Assembly (NCBI RefSeq): GCF_009914755.1
Contig: NC_060925.1
DNA from: the human T2T-CHM13v2.0 reference genome, Homo sapiens
Direction: 5' to 3' (one strand)
Length of the DNA: 64,000 bases
In this document: positions 55,175 to 64,000 of the stretch, piece after piece
Layout: the number at the start of each line of letters is the position of its first letter
Numbering within the stretch: the first letter of the stretch is position 1
Notes under the pieces: generated by a model
Told to the model about the DNA's origin: nothing
The model's database searches: none
The model's input: the letters and a program-made list of their open reading frames with translations, nothing else
Position numbers and translations under genes: made by a program

Positions 55175-55358
55175 GTACTATTGATTCTAGTTTGGAATTT
55201 TACTAGGTGGTATAACAGAAGCAAAAGGATGAAAAAGAATCAAAGATGCTTGCAGAAGAGTGATTCAGATATCTGTATAACCCATGGGATCTAGGTTGCA
55301 TACAGAAAAAAAGTAGTCAGAAAGGTGTTAATAAAATGTGAGGAAAATGGAGTGATCA
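55175..55358 (-). repeat. 184-bp inverted duplicate of 56579-56762
   Basis: Reverse-complement match over 184 bp with one mismatch seen (ggtggtat vs ggtgttat; ORF track FTRWYN vs FTRCYN). Confidence 0.95.
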
Positions 55359-55370
55359 CACATGTATATA

Positions 55371-55676
55371 CATGTATGTGTATATATACACACACGTATA
55401 TATACATGTATGTGTATATATACACACACGTATATATACATGTATGTGTATATATACACACACGTATATATACATGTATGTGTATATATACACACACGTA
55501 TATATACATGTATGTGTATATATACACACACGTATATATACATGTATGTGTATATATACACACACGTATATATACATGTATGTGTATATATACACACACG
55601 TATATATACATGTATGTGTATATATACACACACGTATATATACATGTATGTGTATATATACACACACGTATATACA
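55371..55676. repeat. 34-bp minisatellite, about 9 near-perfect copies
   Basis: Unit catgtatgtgtatatatacacacacgtatatata; the CpG recurs every 34 bp from 55395 to 55667. Confidence 0.95.
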
Positions 55677-57087
55677 TGTATGTGTATATATACACATGTA
55701 TATATACATGTATGTGCATATATACATACATGTGTATATACACATGTATATATACACGTGTGTGTATATACATACATGTATATATACACACATGTATATA
55801 TACATATGTGTATATATACATATGTGTGTATATATATACACATACACACATATACATACACATGTACATGTACATCTATATACATATATGGGAGTTTATT
55901 AAGTATTAACTTACACGATCACAAGGTCCCACAATAGGCTGTCTGCAAGCTGAGGAACAAGGACCCACAATAGGCCGTCTGTAAGCTGAGGAGCAAGGAG
56001 AGCCAGTCCAAGTCCCAAAACTGAAGAACCTGGAGTCCAATGTTCGAGGGCAGGAAGCATCCAGCACAGAGAAAGATGTAGGCTGGGAGGCTAGGCCTGT
56101 CTCTCCTTTTCACGTTTTTCTGTCTACTTTATATTTGCTGGCAGCTGATTAGATTGGGCCCACCAGATTAAGGGTGGGTCTGCCTTCCGTAGCCCACTGA
56201 CATGAATGTTAATATCTTTTGGCAACACCCTCACAGACACACCCAGGATCAATACTTTGTATCCTTCAGTCCAATCAAGTTCACACTCAGTATTAACTAT
56301 CACAGTTCCCTTCCTTAATTGATGATTTTGGGATGTCTGTCAGTCATTGTCCCCATTTATTTTGGACACAGTCCCAGGATATTTTAACATTTGTCAGACA
56401 ATCCAACAACCCAGTCTCCAAACTGCTAGACATTGTTGACTCAAGTGTATTATATTTCTTTCCTCATCAACCAACGTCTGCTTGGGCAGTACTCCAGGAT
56501 CCTGCCGTCTGATCCCAATGTCCAGTCCTTAAAATATTCTTCCATTACACTTTGACCTCATATGCACTTCCTGTCCCTTGATCACTCCATTTTCCTCACA
56601 TTTTATTAACACCTTTCTGACTACTTTTTTTCTGTATGCAACCTAGATCCCATGGGTTATACAGATATCTGAATCACTCTTCTGCAAGCATCTTTGATTC
56701 TTTTTCATCCTTTTGCTTCTGTTATAACACCTAGTAAAATTCCAAACTAGAATCAATAGTACTATTACTCCCTGTCTCCTTTGTTCTGTACCTGTGAAGA
56801 GAGAGAGGAATATACTGGAAAAATAATTGTGTAGTCGTACGGGTTGGCGTTGATGTGCTAAAAATTTCATGGTCTCCCATTTTAGCTTGTCCCTTAGCCC
56901 TGCCTCTCAATCTTTCATCTTTAATTAACACTTTCTCTCATTTCCTTCAATGACTTTCATATCTTCATTTTTTCAATCCTCATACTCAACCCCTATTTCT
57001 TCACTCTCAGCAGAAAATCAAGAAAAATCAATGAAATTAAGCATAATTTCTACCCCTGAATATAAACTTTTCCACATTTACCTCAAC

Positions 57088-57649
57088 TGTGATAGATATT
57101 TACCCATAGTTATGCCCACCCTTTTTCCTTGATAACAGAACCTTGATTTGGTTTAGGTATCTGGTACTCATGTTCTTCAGGGAGACCAGTCTCTTGCCTA
57201 GCCCCAGTGGATTGATCATAATTAGCCTAGCCCAAAACTATGATTACTTCATTTCCCTTGCCAGCACTTGGTTTAGACATGTGAAAAAATTCTGGCCATT
57301 GAATGGAAGTCTGTTGAGGGATGCTGGGAGTGTTTTTCTCTCTCAAAAAATGGAGCCCAAAAAAGAGCTCTTTATCCCTGTTTTGTTCTGAATGTAGACT
57401 GGAGCTACTGCAGTGGTCTGTTTACCATGACGGGAGTAGCTGATGTGTTGAGAGTGCTGGATAGAAACAAGGAAAGAAACTGAGTCCTTGATGATATTGT
57501 TAAGCCATCAAATTAGCCAACCCTACCTGTAACCCTCCCACTCTTTGACTTTTTGATAAATAAAATAATAAAGTTGTCTTATTCTTTAAACTTTATGTGG
57601 TTGGTTGGATTTTCTATTGCTTGCAAGCAAAATCATTCTAAATATTACA
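57088..57649 (+). mobile_element. MLT1 (I/J-like) MaLR LTR
   Basis: tgtgatag...tcccttgccagcacttggtttag...ctgagtccttgatgatattgttaagcca...gcttgcaagcaaaatcattctaaatattaca. Confidence 0.7.
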
Positions 57650-59419
57650 CTGCCCCTTTTTTCCAGTCCCTAAAGTCACTCTCCTCTTTTAAAGGTCAAT
57701 CTCTTCACCTGTGCTCTTAATCCTGTTGCTTATTGTTTTTTAAAAGGACTTTTTACATCATTCATCCCCCTTCCATCCTGTATCTTCTACCTTTCCTTCT
57801 CTAAGTCTGTTGACTTACTTATGTTCTCCAATGTTAAAAGCTTCCCTTGAATCACATCTTCTAGTTCTCAACAAACCTCTCTTCTCCCCTTGTCATACAA
57901 ATTTTTTGGAGTCCATTGTAATTCTCATCTCTACTTCTTCACTTCCCATTTCTTCTCAATTCACTGAATTTGGCTTCTGGTTCCATCATTCCATCAAAAT
58001 GGTCAAGTTATAGTTATTAATGAGGACTTGAGAAGATCATGGCAGACGGGAGGTAGGACTAGATTGCAGCTCCGGAGACAGCAGCATGCGGAGGCTTGCA
58101 TTGTACATTTTAGCTCCAGATCGACTGCAAGAACAAACCAGCAATCCTGAGAGGACCCACAGACCCTCTGAAGGAAGCGGACTGCTACTGCAGGACTTGG
58201 GAGAGACCCCAAATACTGTGAGTGCCCCAACTGCAGAAGTGGGAAAGGGAGACCCTCCTCTCCCAAACACACACACACCCACTGGAGAATTTGAAGGTCT
58301 GTTTGCAGGAGATGTCCCTGACTTTACTTGGAACTGAGTCAAGTTAGAGAGCTGAGCCTAGCAAAATACAGGGGTGGAGGAGGCAGCAGGGAGGCCCTGA
58401 GAGCTCACTGAATCCCCAAGCAGCCCATTCCTGCCTGACACTACAGGGATCCATCAGGAGGGAGGCCAGAAGGGCAGGGGGTAAAACCTCACAGGGAGAA
58501 GGACTTCCCTAGCTGAACTTTGTAACAATCTGGCCAGAACTTGGGGGAGGGTGCAAATCCTGCTTGCAGACTTCACAGACTGAGGAAGAACTAAAGCCCT
58601 TTTCTTTCACAAATGGGAGGCAGAAAGTCTGGGGCAAGTTTTCAAGCGTGCCCTCTGCCTGGAAACAGATTCGAGGCTGTGGTGGGGGGCATGTTGGGAG
58701 TGAGACCAGCCCTTTGGTTTGTGTGGGAGCTGGGTGAGGCCTGTGACTGCTGGCCTTCCCCCACTTCCATGAAAACCTGCATGACTCAGCAGAGGCAGCA
58801 ATAATCCTCCTAGGTACAAAACTCTAGTGACCTGGGAATCTCATTCCATCCCCCACAGTAGCTGCAGCAAGGCCTGTCCTAGAAGAGTCTGAGATCAGAC
58901 ACACCTACCCCTGCACGCACCTGATGGTCCTTCCCTACCTATCCTGGTAGAGGAAGACAAAGGACCTATAATCTTGGGAGTTCTTGGGCCCCGCCTACTG
59001 CCAGTCCCTCTCCACACTACTACAGCTGATGCCCTCTGCAAAATGCCACCTCCTGACAGAAGGCCAACCAGCACAAAAATAGAGCATTAAACCACCAAAG
59101 CTAAGAACCTTCACAGAGTCCACTAACACCCTCTGCCACCTCCACTGGAACAGGCACTGGTATCCACAGCTGAGAGACCCATAGATGGTTCACATCACAG
59201 GGCTCTGTGCAGAAATCCCCAGTACCAGCCTGGAGCTGGGTAGACTTGCCGGGTGGCTAGACCCAGAAGAGAGGCAACAATCACTGCAGTTTGGCTCACA
59301 GGAAGCCACAACTGCAGGAAAAGGGGGAGAGTACTACTTCAAGAGAGCACCTCGTGGGACAAAAAAATCTGAACAACAGCCTTCAGCCCTAGACCTTCCT
59401 TCTGACACAGTCTACCCAA

Positions 59420-60440
59420 ATGGGAAGGAACCAGAAAACCAATCCTGGTAATATGACAAAACAAGGCTCATCAACATGCCCCTCAAATCACACTACTTCA
59501 CCAGCAATGAATCCAAACCAAGAAGAAATACCTGATTTACCTGAAAAAGAATTCAGGAGTTTAGTTATTAAGCTAATCAGGGAGAGACCAGAGAAAGGTG
59601 AAGCCCAAAGCAAGGAAACCCAAAAAATGATACAAGAATTGAAGGGAGAAATATTCAAGGGAATAGATAGCTTAAAGAAAAAACAATAAAAAAATTCAGG
59701 AAACTTTGAACACACTTTTAGAAATGTGAAATGCTCTGGAAAGTCTCAGCAATAGAATTGAACAAGTAGAAGAAAGAAATTCAGAGCTCCAAGACAAGGT
59801 CTTTGAACTAACCAAATCCAACAGAAACAAAGAAAAAAGATTAAGAAAATAGGAACAAAGCCTCCAAGAATTCTGGGATTATGTTAAACTACCAAACCTA
59901 AGAATAATCAGTGTTCCTGAGGAAGAAGACAATTCTAAAAGCTTGGAAAACATATTTGGGGGAATAATCGAGGAAAACTTTCCCAGCCTTGCTGGAGTCC
60001 TAGACATGCAAATACAAGAAGCACAAAGAATACCTGGGAGATTCCTTGCAAAAAGATCTTTGCCTAGGCACATTGTTTTCAGGTTATCCAAAGTTAAGGT
60101 GAAGGAAAGAATCTTGAGTTGTGAGACAGAAGCACCAGGTAACCTACAAAGGAAAACCTATCATATTAACAGCAGACTTCTCAGAAGAAGCCCTACAAGT
60201 TAGAAGGGATTGGGGCCCTATCTTCAACCTCCTCAAGCAAAACAAAGCAAAACAATCATCAGCCAAGAATTTTGTATCAAGTGAAACTAAGCATCATACA
60301 TGAAGGAAGATACAATCATTTTCAGACAAACAAATGGTGAGAGAATTCGCCATTACCAAGCCATCACTACAGGAACCAATAAGAGGAGCTCTAAATCTTG
60401 AAACAAATCCTGGAAACACATCAAAACAGAATCTCTTTAA
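59420..60440 (+). pseudogene. L1 ORF1p remnant
   Basis: MGRNQKTNPGNMTKQG...PDLPEKEFR; ENFPSLA...IQEAQR...PRHIVFRL; disrupted. Confidence 0.88.
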
Positions 60441-60526
60441 AGCATACAGGACCTATAAAACAAAAATACAGGTTAAAAATCAAAAACAAAAAACAAATAA
60501 CTCGAAGGATGCAGGCAACAAAGAGC

Positions 60527-64000
<3,474 letters not shown>

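Larger units (their letters stand above)
54720..56304 (-). mobile_element. MLT2A (ERVL) solo LTR with a greatly expanded internal TA/CA tract
   Basis: tgtattagtcaggg...agagggacagaactaatagga ... ggcaacaccctcacagacacacccaggatc...tattaactatcaca; perfect 5-bp TSD gttcc at 54715-54719 and 56305-56309. Confidence 0.92.

Noticed and set aside
55175-55680. Repeat array with a unique insert resembling CRISPR repeat-spacer acquisition
   Set aside because: Primate DNA, head-to-tail units without spacers, and no cas genes. It is a minisatellite plus a templated insertion.
54739-55937. Many overlapping 80-194 aa ORFs rich in Y/I/H/T/C/V/M
   Set aside because: These are translations of alternating purine-pyrimidine repeats, which cannot contain stop codons.

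Overview
Primate (human-like) nuclear genomic DNA, mostly intronic or intergenic and rich in repeats: Alu J/S/Y, L1PB, L1MA/MB/MC, L2, MIR, CR1, MER4, MLT1/MLT2 LTRs and Tigger/hAT fossils. I recognise no intact protein-coding gene, and nearly all tracked ORFs are chance, repeat or microsatellite artefacts. A CpG-island promoter at about 16.0-17.2 kb carries a tandem GC-box array and a strong minus-strand first-exon donor. Four candidate minus-strand exons downstream (5324-5496, 4976-5119, 3045-3229, 116-190) join in one phase-consistent frame broken by a single TAG, so this is a candidate unitary pseudogene or lncRNA that continues off the left edge. The most unusual structure is an MLT2A LTR (54720-56304) whose TA/CA tract has expanded to about 1.1 kb. 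The tract contains a near-perfect 184-bp inverted copy of flanking DNA, an inverted piece of the LTR itself and a 34-bp minisatellite. A degenerate L1PB with its 5' end present fills 58.0-64 kb. Repeat subfamily names come from recalled consensus sequences and were not computed.
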